In this document: positions 9,413 to 18,752 of the stretch, piece by piece
How positions within the stretch are numbered: position 1 is the first letter of the stretch
How the letters are laid out: each line of letters starts with the position of its first letter
From: Bulleidia sp.
GTDB lineage: Bacteria; Bacillota_I; Bacilli_A; Erysipelotrichales; Erysipelotrichaceae
NCBI GenBank assembly: GCA_045641845.1
Contig: JAZUHS010000240.1
Coordinates: 8,136 to 72,135, forward strand
Reading direction: 5' to 3'
Length of the DNA: 64,000 bases
Program-made: the position numbers and the translations under genes
The notes under the pieces: generated by a model
The model's input: the letters and a program-made list of their open reading frames with translations, nothing else
Databases searched by the model: none
Told to the model about the DNA's origin: nothing

Positions 9413-9441
9413 ATATTACGTGATGTATATGGGATGTGCAA
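9413..9441 (-). promoter_or_regulatory. Sigma-A type promoter driving the leader and M28 peptidase
   Basis: TTGCAC-N17-TAATAT on the minus strand. Confidence 0.7.
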
Positions 9442-9485
9442 CATAATTCAGCAGTATTTAGAATTGCTTAAGCCATTTATGAACA

Positions 9486-9523
9486 TTAAAAAAACTGACA
9501 GATTGCTCTGCCAGTTTTCAGTT
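9486..9523 (-). terminator. gap terminator
   Basis: AACTGGCAGA-gcaa-TCTGTCAGTT followed by a T tract on the minus strand. Confidence 0.8.
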
Positions 9524-9539
9524 CGATGATTTAAATCAA

Positions 9540-10577
9540 TTACTGAACGTTGGAGAAGTACTTGATTGTACGAACCATCTGGGATGTGTAGGAGTTCTCG
9601 TTATCGTACCAAGATACAACCTGTACCTGATATGTTTCGTCATCAATCTTAGCTACCATTGTCTGTGTAGCATCGAACAGGGAACCGTATGTCATACCGA
9701 TGATATCGGAAGATACGATCTGATCTTCGTTGTAACCATAGGATTCGTTAGCAGCAGCCTTCATAGCAGCGTTTACGCCTTCCTTAGTTACATCTGTACC
9801 CTTAACTACAGCTACGAGCAGTGTTGTGGAACCTGTAGGAACCGGAACACGCTGAGCGGAGCCGATGGGCTTGCCATTCAGTTCAGGAATTACGAGACCG
9901 ATAGCCTTAGCAGCACCTGTGGAGTTAGGAACGATGTTCTGAGCACCAGCTCTAGCACGGCGCAGATCGCCCTTTCTCTGAGGACCATCGAGGATCATCT
10001 GGTCGCCTGTGTATGCATGAACAGTTGTCATGATACCGGACTGGATGGGAGCATAGTCATTCAGAGCCTTAGCCATAGGAGCGAGGCAGTTTGTTGTGCA
10101 GGATGCAGCAGAGATTACTGTATCTTCAGCAGTCAGGATTTCATGGTTAGTGTTGTAAACGATTGTAGGCAGATCGTTTCCTGCAGGAGCAGAGATAACT
10201 ACCTTACGAGCACCAGCCTTGATGTGAGCTTCAGCCTTAGCCTTGGATGTGTAGAAGCCTGTGCATTCGAGAACTACGTCTACCTTCAGTTCACCCCAAG
10301 GGCATTCGGAAGCGTCCTTGATAGCATAGATAACGATCTTCTTGCCATCAACAACGATGTAGTTGTCTTCGCCTTCACCTTCGTGGAAATCAACTGTGTG
10401 ACCCTTACGAACATAGTTACCCTGAGCTGTATCATACTTCAGCAGGTGAGCCAGCATCTTTGCACTTGTCAGGTCGTTGATTGCTACTACTTCATAGCCT
10501 TCAGCGTCAAACATCTGACGGAAAGCCAGACGGCCGATACGGCCGAAACCATTAATTGCAACTCTTACATCTGTCAT
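9540..10577 (-). CDS. gap: Type I glyceraldehyde-3-phosphate dehydrogenase
   Basis: [21 protein letters not shown] catalytic motif, SWYDNE; start moved to [10 protein letters not shown] by AAGGAGG RBS. Confidence 0.98.
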   Translation of the reverse strand: MTDVRVAINGFGRIGRLAFRQMFDAEGYEVVAINDLTSAKMLAHLLKYDTAQGNYVRKGHTVDFHEGEGEDNYIVVDGKKIVIYAIKDASECPWGELKVDVVLECTGFYTSKAKAEAHIKAGARKVVISAPAGNDLPTIVYNTNHEILTAEDTVISAASCTTNCLAPMAKALNDYAPIQSGIMTTVHAYTGDQMILDGPQRKGDLRRARAGAQNIVPNSTGAAKAIGLVIPELNGKPIGSAQRVPVPTGSTTLLVAVVKGTDVTKEGVNAAMKAAANESYGYNEDQIVSSDIIGMTYGSLFDATQTMVAKIDDETYQVQVVSWYDNENSYTSQMVRTIKYFSNVQ

Positions 10578-10614
10578 ATTGTCTTTTTTTGAGACCTCCT
10601 TATGTTGCATGTAA

Positions 10615-10643
10615 ATTATATGATTTTGAGTGTTTGTAGTCAA
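10615..10643 (-). promoter_or_regulatory. gap promoter
   Basis: TTGACT-N17-TATAAT. Confidence 0.8.
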
Positions 10644-10688
10644 TTATGTAGAAGTTCATAAAGACTGACATAACATCTTTTTTTTGAT

Positions 10689-10860
10689 GTGACATTTTCA
10701 CTATCATTTACTTATGCGATAAAGATTCCTGCTTCACCGTTTCCTCCTGAAAATCAGATGAAGAAACTCTGATCTTGCGACCCCTGCTGTACACGCAGGA
10801 CAGGCGTATTTTGTATAGCGGTTTCCCGTTCTCCCCAGGTACCGCTCTGTTTTCGTCAGC
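10689..10860 (-). ncRNA. Putative omegaRNA (reRNA) scaffold / right end of the tnpB element
   Basis: Directly 3' of tnpB; contains ACGCCTGT and GAAGCAGGAATC, which resemble IS605/IS1341 right ends as I recall them, and ends in TGTCAC; the terminal hairpin looks degenerate. Confidence 0.45.
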
Positions 10861-12013
10861 CGTTCAGAATACGGAGCCCTTCACGTTCGATGTTGACCGC
10901 CGCATTTTCGTCACGGTCGTGAATCACCCCGCATTGCGGGCAAACCCAGATTCTTGTTTCCAGATTTTTCAGCTTGTGATTTCGGTAACCGCAGGCACTG
11001 CAGAGCTGACTGCTTGGATAGTAGCGATTGATTTCCACGATCTGCTTACCATTCCATGCTGCCTTGTACTTCAGCATTCGTACCATCTCCTGCCAGGATG
11101 CATCCGAAATTGCTTTTGCTCTGTGATGTGTCTTCAGCATCTTTTCTATATCAAGGTCTTCGACACAGATAATGTCATAGTTTTTAATCATGCGGGTTGT
11201 CAGTTTCTGCAGATGATCTGTGCGCTGATTATGAACCCGGTTCTGCAGGCGAGCGACTTTGACCTTCTGCTTTTGATAGTTTCTGCTTTGTGATAATGGA
11301 CGGTCTGCTTCTTTGGCAAGCCGCGACTTGCGGCTGAGTTTACGCTGCTGGCGATGAAGCTTTCGTTCTGTCTTTGCATAATCATATGGAACTGAGATAT
11401 GCTCTCCTTTTGATGTAACTGCAAGGTCTTTCAGGCCAAGGTCGACCCCGATGCTTTTTCCTGCCGGTTTCAAAGAAACATATTCTTCTCGGCAGAGTAC
11501 AGAAACATAGTATTCGTCTGCGGCGGTATGACGAAGAGAGACGGATACGATCGGTCCTTTGATATGATCTGAAACCACGCACTCGATCATCTGCAAGCCT
11601 GGTAGTGCTATATGTTTTTTCCCCAGAAGAATCGTATGATCAAGGTTACGGAATGTGCAGGTCTGGTCAGCACGTCGAATGCGAAACTTAGGGCACTTTG
11701 CTTTTCCGTTCTGATAGCGTTCAAAGGCAGTGCAGAGCTGATGTGCAGAATTGTACAGAACCGTTGGATCTGTCATCTGCAGCCATCGGGTTTCCGGAGT
11801 GCTGCGGAGTTTATCGATCATGGTGATGCACTGGCTGTATGTCAGGTTCCGCTTTGTTTCCTTTAAGGACTGATTCCATTTGTTAAGCAGATAGTTATAG
11901 ACATATCTGTTCTGACCAAAGATTTCGCTGATCTTCTGTTTCTGCGTATCTGTCGGATAGATGCGGTATTTATGAGCACGGTAAACTGTTCTGTTCATAC
12001 TATTTTTATTCAC
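10856..12013 (-). mobile_element. tnpB: IS200/IS605-family TnpB RNA-guided endonuclease (IS1341-like, no tnpA)
   Basis: HKYRIYPT N-terminus, RuvC-I GVDLGLK, RuvC-II VEDL, Zn finger CSACG/CPQCG, RuvC-III DRDENAA; all three acidic residues present. Confidence 0.93.
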
Positions 12014-12066
12014 AGCAAAACCGGCAATTCCCCGAAGAAAAAGATCGGATTTTTCCGATCTTGCGT

Positions 12067-12984
12067 TTATGCGAATTCGTTGAGATTCAGCGGTCGCTGA
12101 CTGATGGCAAATGCTTCTTCTACAGTTTCGATGCGGCGATTGAACAGTTTGGAGAAGAGATCTGCGTCGTTGAGACGAACCATTGTTGAAGGATATCTCA
12201 TGGACTTAGCTTCAGGGAATACTCTTGAGAGATCCTCTGCTTCACTGACAAGCAGGTGTACTGTTTTCTTTTCCTGTACACATGCATTGCACAGCTTGTT
12301 CAGGCAGGCTGCATCGAGATATACGATTTCTTCTGCGATCAGTTCTTCACCCATGGGGATCATGACTGCATAGCCTCTGATCTGGTCTTTGCCATTGTAA
12401 AAAGCGACGATCTTGCCGCCCTGTGCGTTTACTTCCTGCTTGTAGCGCACGAAGTATTCCAGGTCACGGGGATAGAAGCCGTTGAAGCGGCGGATGAATG
12501 CGGAGTATACCTTCAGAAGGTCAAGGGGTGCCGGGTCAAAGGAACAGCCGAAGTTTGTAGTGCGGTGTACGTCCTTGCGTTCGATTGTATATCTTCTGCG
12601 ATGATAGATCGTACGGAATCCCATCGGTTCATATAATTTAGGTTCTTCTGTCTGGATCAGTGTGAGAAGTTCTGTGTGTTCGCAGGCATCCAGAACAATT
12701 TTCATAAGTTCACGCATGTATCCTTTGCGCTGTTCTTCCGGAATGGTTGCAACACCCATGATCATGCTGGTCTGCAGGACTCTGCCATTGAACATCAGTG
12801 CGTGCGGGTTTCGAATAGCGGCAGAGATGGGTTTGTCTCCATCCATCATGACATAGCAGTTTTCGGGTTTATAGTGTGCCTTGAAATAGAAATCCGTATA
12901 ACGGGGATCATTCTGAGGGAAACATGTTTTCCATATTTCACGCAGTTCTCCTGTCATGGAGGGATCTGCTTTGATTACTTTCAT
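12067..12984 (-). CDS. GNAT-family (Eis-like) N-acetyltransferase
   Basis: GVATIPEEQRKGYM acetyl-CoA motif, LYEPMGF; start at MKVIK chosen by RBS. Confidence 0.85.
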   Translation of the reverse strand: MKVIKADPSMTGELREIWKTCFPQNDPRYTDFYFKAHYKPENCYVMMDGDKPISAAIRNPHALMFNGRVLQTSMIMGVATIPEEQRKGYMRELMKIVLDACEHTELLTLIQTEEPKLYEPMGFRTIYHRRRYTIERKDVHRTTNFGCSFDPAPLDLLKVYSAFIRRFNGFYPRDLEYFVRYKQEVNAQGGKIVAFYNGKDQIRGYAVMIPMGEELIAEEIVYLDAACLNKLCNACVQEKKTVHLLVSEAEDLSRVFPEAKSMRYPSTMVRLNDADLFSKLFNRRIETVEEAFAISQRPLNLNEFA

Positions 12985-12997
12985 GTGGTTCTCTTTT

Positions 12998-13192
12998 CTA
13001 CTGGTCTTTCTTTTCGGGATGATCTTTGTTTTCATCCTCAGCCCAGTCGGTTAGGTGTCGTGTTCTGAAGTATCCGAGAACTATCATTGCGGCCAGAATC
13101 CATGCGACGTACCATGCGTCTTTCAGAGCGATGGAGAACGGGATGATAAAAGCAAGGAGGATGCAGAGCAGAATGATGGATGTTTTAGTCAT
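12998..13192 (-). CDS. Small two-TM membrane protein
   Basis: AGGAGG RBS, overlaps the whiA stop, two hydrophobic helices. Confidence 0.7.
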   Translation of the reverse strand: MTKTSIILLCILLAFIIPFSIALKDAWYVAWILAAMIVLGYFRTRHLTDWAEDENKDHPEKKDQ

Positions 13193-14126
13193 TCTGGTTT
13201 CCTCCTGCCGCAAGTTCATGCAGCTTTACGAAGCGGTGCTTCAGACCGGATTTTGAGACGGATGTGCCGTAGGTTTCTTCGTAGAGTGCAGATAATTCGT
13301 TCAGTGAGGCTTCGGGGTATGTGAGTCTAAGCTGTGCTGCTTCCTGGAGTTTGCGGTCGAGGTGTTTGAGACGGCCGGATTCTTCGAGGATGCGGATATC
13401 ATCGAGCTGATGACTTGCGGCAGCCTGCGTTTTTACTTCATTAGCAACATCAATGTTATTCAAACGCGTGAGGTTGTTTGTGAAATCACGGGAGATACGG
13501 ATATCTTCAAATGTAATGACACTCTGGTTTGCTTCCATGATACGCAGGAAGTCAGAGATCTTTTCAGCCGCCTTGATGTAAACAACCTGTTTGTTTCTGC
13601 GTTCATTGATCTTGGCATTGATGGAGAAGCGTTCCATCTGCGAGATGATGAATTCTGCGTGTTCTTTGGAAGAGCAGACAATCTCGAGGTGATAGTTCTT
13701 CTTTTCGGGAGGATTGACAGAACCTGAGGCAAGAAATGCACCGGCAAGATATGCGCGGGCGTTGTTGTCAGTTTGAACAATCTTCTGCAGGGGTTTATCA
13801 AGAAGACCGCGGCTGGAGTAGATGCCAAGGTCCTTCATGATATCGATCGGTGCGGTAATCACACGGAGACCGAAGATTCTGTTTTTCTTGAGGTTCATCT
13901 TGCGTTTGATGAACATTTCAATTTCCGCATTATAGCGTTCTTTGAGCAGACGGAAAATCGTGCGGGCGACGGCTGCGTTTTCGACAGTAACGAGCAGAGT
14001 CATGCCGCGGCTGGATAAGGAAAGTGAGGATGTCATCTGAATGAGTGCAGCGAGTTCAGCGCGGGCATCGTTTCCTTCCATAATTTTCTGTGCGACTTCT
14101 GTTTTAACATCTGATGAGAATGACAT
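13185..14126 (-). CDS. whiA: DNA-binding protein WhiA
   Basis: MSFSSDVKTE, YLAGAFLASGSVNPP, RLNNIDVAN, C-terminal HTH SKSGLKHR; conserved rapZ-yvcK-whiA order. Confidence 0.96.
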   Translation of the reverse strand: MSFSSDVKTEVAQKIMEGNDARAELAALIQMTSSLSLSSRGMTLLVTVENAAVARTIFRLLKERYNAEIEMFIKRKMNLKKNRIFGLRVITAPIDIMKDLGIYSSRGLLDKPLQKIVQTDNNARAYLAGAFLASGSVNPPEKKNYHLEIVCSSKEHAEFIISQMERFSINAKINERRNKQVVYIKAAEKISDFLRIMEANQSVITFEDIRISRDFTNNLTRLNNIDVANEVKTQAAASHQLDDIRILEESGRLKHLDRKLQEAAQLRLTYPEASLNELSALYEETYGTSVSKSGLKHRFVKLHELAAGGNQND

Positions 14127-15076
14127 CAGAGTTCCTCCAGAATTGCCTGAATCGCAGCTTCAACTTTATTGGTATCATGACGAATCAGACCCTTTTCAAA
14201 GGAGAGCATGTTCTTCTGGATGATACGGTAGTCGTGCTGATCATTTTTAAGCTGCACTTCGGTACTTCCTTCAGCGGCATAGCGTTCAAGGACGTTTTCG
14301 GGGATTGTATCGTTATGAAGCAGGACTGCGTCAATGGGAGCGCCGTGGTCTTTCAGGGCCTGGACGTGGTCTTCGGCACAGTAACCGTCGGTTTCTCCGG
14401 GCTGAGTCATTGCGTTGCAGATGTACAGATGAAGTGCATCTGTCTTGAGCAGTGCTTCACGGATTTCAGGGATAATGACATTAGGAAGAATGCTTGTGAA
14501 CACTGAACCGATTCCATAGATAATGATGTCTGCTTCACTGATTGCGCGTACAGCTTCAGGGAGTGCTTTGACATATTTATCATAGAAAACATAGTTGATA
14601 TGGTTGGATCGGTTAGGGATATTGGCTTCGCCCTTAACGATGACATCATCTTCCATCATGGCATACAGGGTGATGACCTGTGTTGTTGCGGGGATGATCT
14701 TTCCTTTTACTTTCAGGACTTTACCAATGGTCTGAATTGCTTCAAGGAAGGAGCCGCATTGCTGGGTCATGGCTGTGAGGATGAGATTTCCCAGGTTATG
14801 TCCGGCGACATCGTCTTCAGTTCCGCTGGGGTCTTCGAAGCGATAGTTCATCAGCTGGGACATGAGGGTTTCACTTTCAGCCATGGCAATCATGACGTTG
14901 CGAATATCACCCATGGCAGGAATGGCAAATTGTCTGCGGAGTCGGCCGGTGCTGCCGCCGTCATCTGCTACTGTGACGATGGCACTGATATCAAGGTTGG
15001 GGATGTTCTTTATGGCGCGGCAGATTGCAGCCTGGCCGTGTCCGCCGCCGATGATAACGACTTTTGTGTTATTCAT
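14126..15076 (-). CDS. yvcK: YvcK/GlmR (UPF0052) UDP-GlcNAc-binding protein
   Basis: IGGGHG, VADDGGSTGRLR, GHNLGN, GSVFTSILPN. Confidence 0.95.
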   Translation of the reverse strand: MNNTKVVIIGGGHGQAAICRAIKNIPNLDISAIVTVADDGGSTGRLRRQFAIPAMGDIRNVMIAMAESETLMSQLMNYRFEDPSGTEDDVAGHNLGNLILTAMTQQCGSFLEAIQTIGKVLKVKGKIIPATTQVITLYAMMEDDVIVKGEANIPNRSNHINYVFYDKYVKALPEAVRAISEADIIIYGIGSVFTSILPNVIIPEIREALLKTDALHLYICNAMTQPGETDGYCAEDHVQALKDHGAPIDAVLLHNDTIPENVLERYAAEGSTEVQLKNDQHDYRIIQKNMLSFEKGLIRHDTNKVEAAIQAILEEL

Positions 15077-15938
15077 CACGTATCCACTTCTTTTCTTCGC
15101 GATGGCTCTTGTAGCAGTTGTACTTGTCGCGATAGTAATCATAAAGATAGTTTGTGATGGCTACGGAACGATGCTGTCCGCCAGTGCAGCCGATGGCTAC
15201 GGTGAAGTGATTCTTGCCTTCGGCAGAGTACTGTTCAAAAGCATAATCGGTGAAGGAAATAAATCTTTGCAGGAAGTCCTGTGTTTCGGGTTTGTCCATG
15301 ACGAAGTGATAGACTTCGGGATCATTGCCGTTGTAAGGACGCAGTTCTACGACCCAGTAAGGGTTGGGTAAGAAGCGTACGTCGACCATAAGATCCGCAT
15401 CCATGGGAACACCGTATTTATAGCCGAAGGACTCAAAGGAGATTGAGAAGTTCGGGATCTTGCTCTTCTTGAAGTAGCTTTCAAGGGTACGTTTGAATTC
15501 CTTTTCACTCATGTAGGATGTATCAATCATGACAAAGGATTCGTTAAGGTTTCTTGCGAACATCTGACGTTCTACAGAGATTGCTTCATCGAGGGTATTG
15601 CATGTGTTGCTGAGGAGAAGCGGGTGTGTGCGTCTTGTGCTCTTGTATCTTGTCAGCAGAGTCTGGTCATTGGCGTCAATGAAGAGAACTCTGACTTCAA
15701 AGTTCTGTCCTCTGAGTACACGCAGGAATTCAGGAAAGTCTTCTGCGCATGTGGAAAGTGCGATATAGCTGTAACGAGGGTCTGTGCTTGTTTCAACAAT
15801 ATCTACAAGCAGACTGATCAGCTGTACCGGAAAATTATCGATGACATGATAGCCCATGTCTTCGAGTACACGTGAGGCTGTGCTTTTGCCGGCACCGCTC
15901 ATGCCTGTAACCAGAATGACTCTTTTATTCTTTTCCAT
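15069..15938 (-). CDS. rapZ: RNase adapter RapZ (YvcJ)
   Basis: TGMSGAGKS P-loop, SFGYKYG, DVRFLPNP, GCTGGQHRSV. Confidence 0.96.
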   Translation of the reverse strand: MEKNKRVILVTGMSGAGKSTASRVLEDMGYHVIDNFPVQLISLLVDIVETSTDPRYSYIALSTCAEDFPEFLRVLRGQNFEVRVLFIDANDQTLLTRYKSTRRTHPLLLSNTCNTLDEAISVERQMFARNLNESFVMIDTSYMSEKEFKRTLESYFKKSKIPNFSISFESFGYKYGVPMDADLMVDVRFLPNPYWVVELRPYNGNDPEVYHFVMDKPETQDFLQRFISFTDYAFEQYSAEGKNHFTVAIGCTGGQHRSVAITNYLYDYYRDKYNCYKSHREEKKWIRDE

Positions 15939-16058
15939 AATGCATCTCCCCTTTTACAACGTGTTCATTCTACCATAGCATCATGTGATGAGGTTATAGT
16001 TCAGGTGATCATTCCGTGAATTATCACAGAAGAAAAGCATCGTTGCCGATGCTTGGGT

Positions 16059-16328
16059 TTAGAAAATATGTCTGCGGTCAGGTCTGAGATTATCGCAGTA
16101 ATAACGTACTGTGAGATCTGCTGTTGCTGTATGTTCATTGCCTTTGAGGAAGGTATCTCCCTCCAGCATATGATACTTCATTGCCTTGATGCAGGCTGGC
16201 AGGTCTTTTTCTGTTGCTTCTGCCGCTTTGATCAGGTCTTCTGCTTTCATATCGAGGGCATTCCAGCCGTTGAGGTTGAATTCCTTCTTTCGAAAGAGAA
16301 TCATATCTGCATACTGTTTTTCTGTCAT
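16059..16328 (-). CDS. Hypothetical protein
   Basis: 89-aa ORF with RBS, co-oriented in the operon; no family recognised. Confidence 0.6.
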   Translation of the reverse strand: MTEKQYADMILFRKKEFNLNGWNALDMKAEDLIKAAEATEKDLPACIKAMKYHMLEGDTFLKGNEHTATADLTVRYYCDNLRPDRRHIF

Positions 16329-16337
16329 AAGGGTTCC

Positions 16338-17687
16338 TCAGATCTTATCGTAGCTCCATGCGTGGTCTTCCTTGACGATATCCAGAAGCTGGTTCAGGTC
16401 AGTGATGACGACGTTGGGTTTTTCTGCTTCGATTTCCGGACGATTGTCTTCATCGGAGACATATGCGACACAGAATACGCCGGCTGCTTTTGCGGCTTTA
16501 ACATCTGCGCCTGTATCACCGACGTAGATGCAGTCATCGTGTGCGCGCAGGAGTCTGTCGCAGGCACTGATGATGCCGTCAGGTGCGGGTTTGGGCCGGC
16601 GGAATTGTTCACGGCCGACAACGAGATCAAAGTGATCGGAGATTTCGAATTCATCCATCCACATCATCAGAGATTCGGAGAGACGTGAGGATACGATACC
16701 CATGCGGTATCCATTGTCGTGGAGAGCCTGAAGAGTGTCATATACATGCGGAAGCAGTTTGACTTTATCCATTTCCGGAAGCTTCATCTGATATTCACGG
16801 TATTCTGCCGCAAGCTTCTTAGTGTCTTCTTCAGGGAAGAGAATCTGAATTGCCTGGGAGAGCGGGATACCGAATACTTCTTTCTGCTTCTGTCTGTTGA
16901 AATCGCCGATATTGCCGTGCAGTTCGAACAGGTGACGGAAGCATTCGATGACCATGTTTTCGCTGTCCATCAGAGTACCGTCAAAGTCAAAGAGGATAAC
17001 AGGCTTGGGGTCTGTTTTCTTGGCACGGTTGTAATAGAACAGCAGGATGCCTGCTGCTTCGGATAATACTGCGGAGGGTGCGACGTGGGCAGCCATGGGG
17101 TCAAAGTGCATAACACATGCGGCCATTCTGACCATACCGAGCCAGATCAGGGCAACTGCGGAGATGTCACCGCGCTTTCTGCCGTCTCTGTATACGTGGA
17201 AGCCATATTTCAGAATCATGAAGCCGACGATGTCGAGAGCGACTGCAGCCCAGACTCTTGCGTCTGTCAGGCATCTGCCTGTTCTTGCGATAATCAGCAG
17301 GATGAACAGGGCGGGCATGATGGAGTCCATGGTACGGCGCCATGACATGCGTTTAAGGCGTGTGTAGATGTATACGCAGATGAAGACACCGAACATACCT
17401 GTGAGGGTTTCGATGCCGCCGTCGGACAGGGCAAAGACGTACCAGACATAAAGTCTGTAGTTACGCCAGTTTTCAATTACCCAGCCGATTCTGCCGCCGA
17501 GGATCATACCGATGGCAATCAGAATTAACAGGTCGTCACTGACGGCCTGTCTGTAGCCATGGCTTTTCATGGTTCTGCTCATATACAGGTATGCAACAAT
17601 GCATGCTGTGACAATCGTCAGGGCATACCAGTGAATCGAGACTCCTCCGACCTGCAGAATTGTACTGCTGTCAGGGAAAAATGCCAT
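16338..17687 (-). CDS. Fusion of a degenerate Lgt-like membrane domain and a PpaX-like HAD phosphatase
   Basis: N-terminal half has Lgt-like IHWYAL and GGRIGWV; C-terminal half has HAD motifs FDFDGTLMDS, KPAPD, VGDTGAD; lies in the lgt/ppaX position after hprK. Confidence 0.85.
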   Translation of the reverse strand: MAFFPDSSTILQVGGVSIHWYALTIVTACIVAYLYMSRTMKSHGYRQAVSDDLLILIAIGMILGGRIGWVIENWRNYRLYVWYVFALSDGGIETLTGMFGVFICVYIYTRLKRMSWRRTMDSIMPALFILLIIARTGRCLTDARVWAAVALDIVGFMILKYGFHVYRDGRKRGDISAVALIWLGMVRMAACVMHFDPMAAHVAPSAVLSEAAGILLFYYNRAKKTDPKPVILFDFDGTLMDSENMVIECFRHLFELHGNIGDFNRQKQKEVFGIPLSQAIQILFPEEDTKKLAAEYREYQMKLPEMDKVKLLPHVYDTLQALHDNGYRMGIVSSRLSESLMMWMDEFEISDHFDLVVGREQFRRPKPAPDGIISACDRLLRAHDDCIYVGDTGADVKAAKAAGVFCVAYVSDEDNRPEIEAEKPNVVITDLNQLLDIVKEDHAWSYDKI

Positions 17688-18641
17688 TTAGAAGCTGCCT
17701 CCTTCCAGACCGGAGTACTTGCGGAATCTTGCTCTGATTTCATCGGATCCGGAGAAGTTAGCCTGTCTCAGGCGATAGTTGGATACTGCGGATTCGATCA
17801 GGGCAGCGGTGTTACGGCCGGCACTGATCGGCAGGATGAACGTCGGAATCAATACGTCAAGGATACGTGTGTATCTCTGTGTTTCATCACCGAGACGGTT
17901 GTATTCGGCATCAGCTTCATAAGGTACAAGCTTGATAACCATATCAACACGTGCCATGTCGGCGATGGAGACACTGCCGAACATCTTTTCAACATCAATG
18001 ATACCGATACCTCTGATCTCCAGTAAGCCTTTGATGATCGCGGGGGCGTGACCATAGATTGTGTTATGGATGTGCTGGACATCGACACGGTCATCCGCAA
18101 TGAGGATGTGTCCGTCGCGGATCAGTTCCAGGGCAGTTTCGGATTTACCCATACCGCTTTCGCCTTCGAGCAGAATACCATATCCATAGATCGACATTAA
18201 AACACCGGAGAGTGTGTCTTCTCTTGCAAGTTTCTCGTCGAGGTATGTGATCAGATCTGTCATCAGACGGTATGTTTCCATCGAACTTCTTAACACAGGG
18301 AAGTTGACGCTTTCTGCGACTTCTTTCAGGATCGGCGGGAGGATGTTGTTTTTAGTGATGATGATGCAGGGTGTGAAGCCGTCTGTAATCATCTGGAAAC
18401 GTTCTCTCTGATCCTTTTCGGTCATTGTTTCAATGAACTCGCGTTCTTTGTTTCCGATCAGTACGATTCGTCTCGGTTCTGTTTTCTTATAAAAGCCGCT
18501 CAGTTCAAAACCGGGACGGTTAACATCAGGTACGACTGTCCAGCGGTCCAGGGCACTGGCATTGCCTGTCAGCTGTTCAAGTTTAAAGAAATTTGCGATC
18601 TCACGTACTGTGACTTTCTTGTCATATTTCATTTCAGCCAT
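17688..18641 (-). CDS. hprK: HPr kinase/phosphorylase
   Basis: GESGMGKSE Walker A, LIADD, LEIRGIGII signature. Confidence 0.97.
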   Translation of the reverse strand: MAEMKYDKKVTVREIANFFKLEQLTGNASALDRWTVVPDVNRPGFELSGFYKKTEPRRIVLIGNKEREFIETMTEKDQRERFQMITDGFTPCIIITKNNILPPILKEVAESVNFPVLRSSMETYRLMTDLITYLDEKLAREDTLSGVLMSIYGYGILLEGESGMGKSETALELIRDGHILIADDRVDVQHIHNTIYGHAPAIIKGLLEIRGIGIIDVEKMFGSVSIADMARVDMVIKLVPYEADAEYNRLGDETQRYTRILDVLIPTFILPISAGRNTAALIESAVSNYRLRQANFSGSDEIRARFRKYSGLEGGSF

Positions 18642-18752
18642 TCGATCACCTCCTGTTTCGTGTATTATAGCATGCTCTGTTATCATGCTACATCAGTAGT
18701 CTGAATCGTGAAAAAAGATACAGCAGGATTTCAGCGATCCTGCTGTTCTTTG

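Noticed and set aside
16338-17000. Calling the gene a functional lgt
   Set aside because: The catalytic Lgt motifs (GNFxNxE, HPxxLYE) are absent, so the symbol was withheld.
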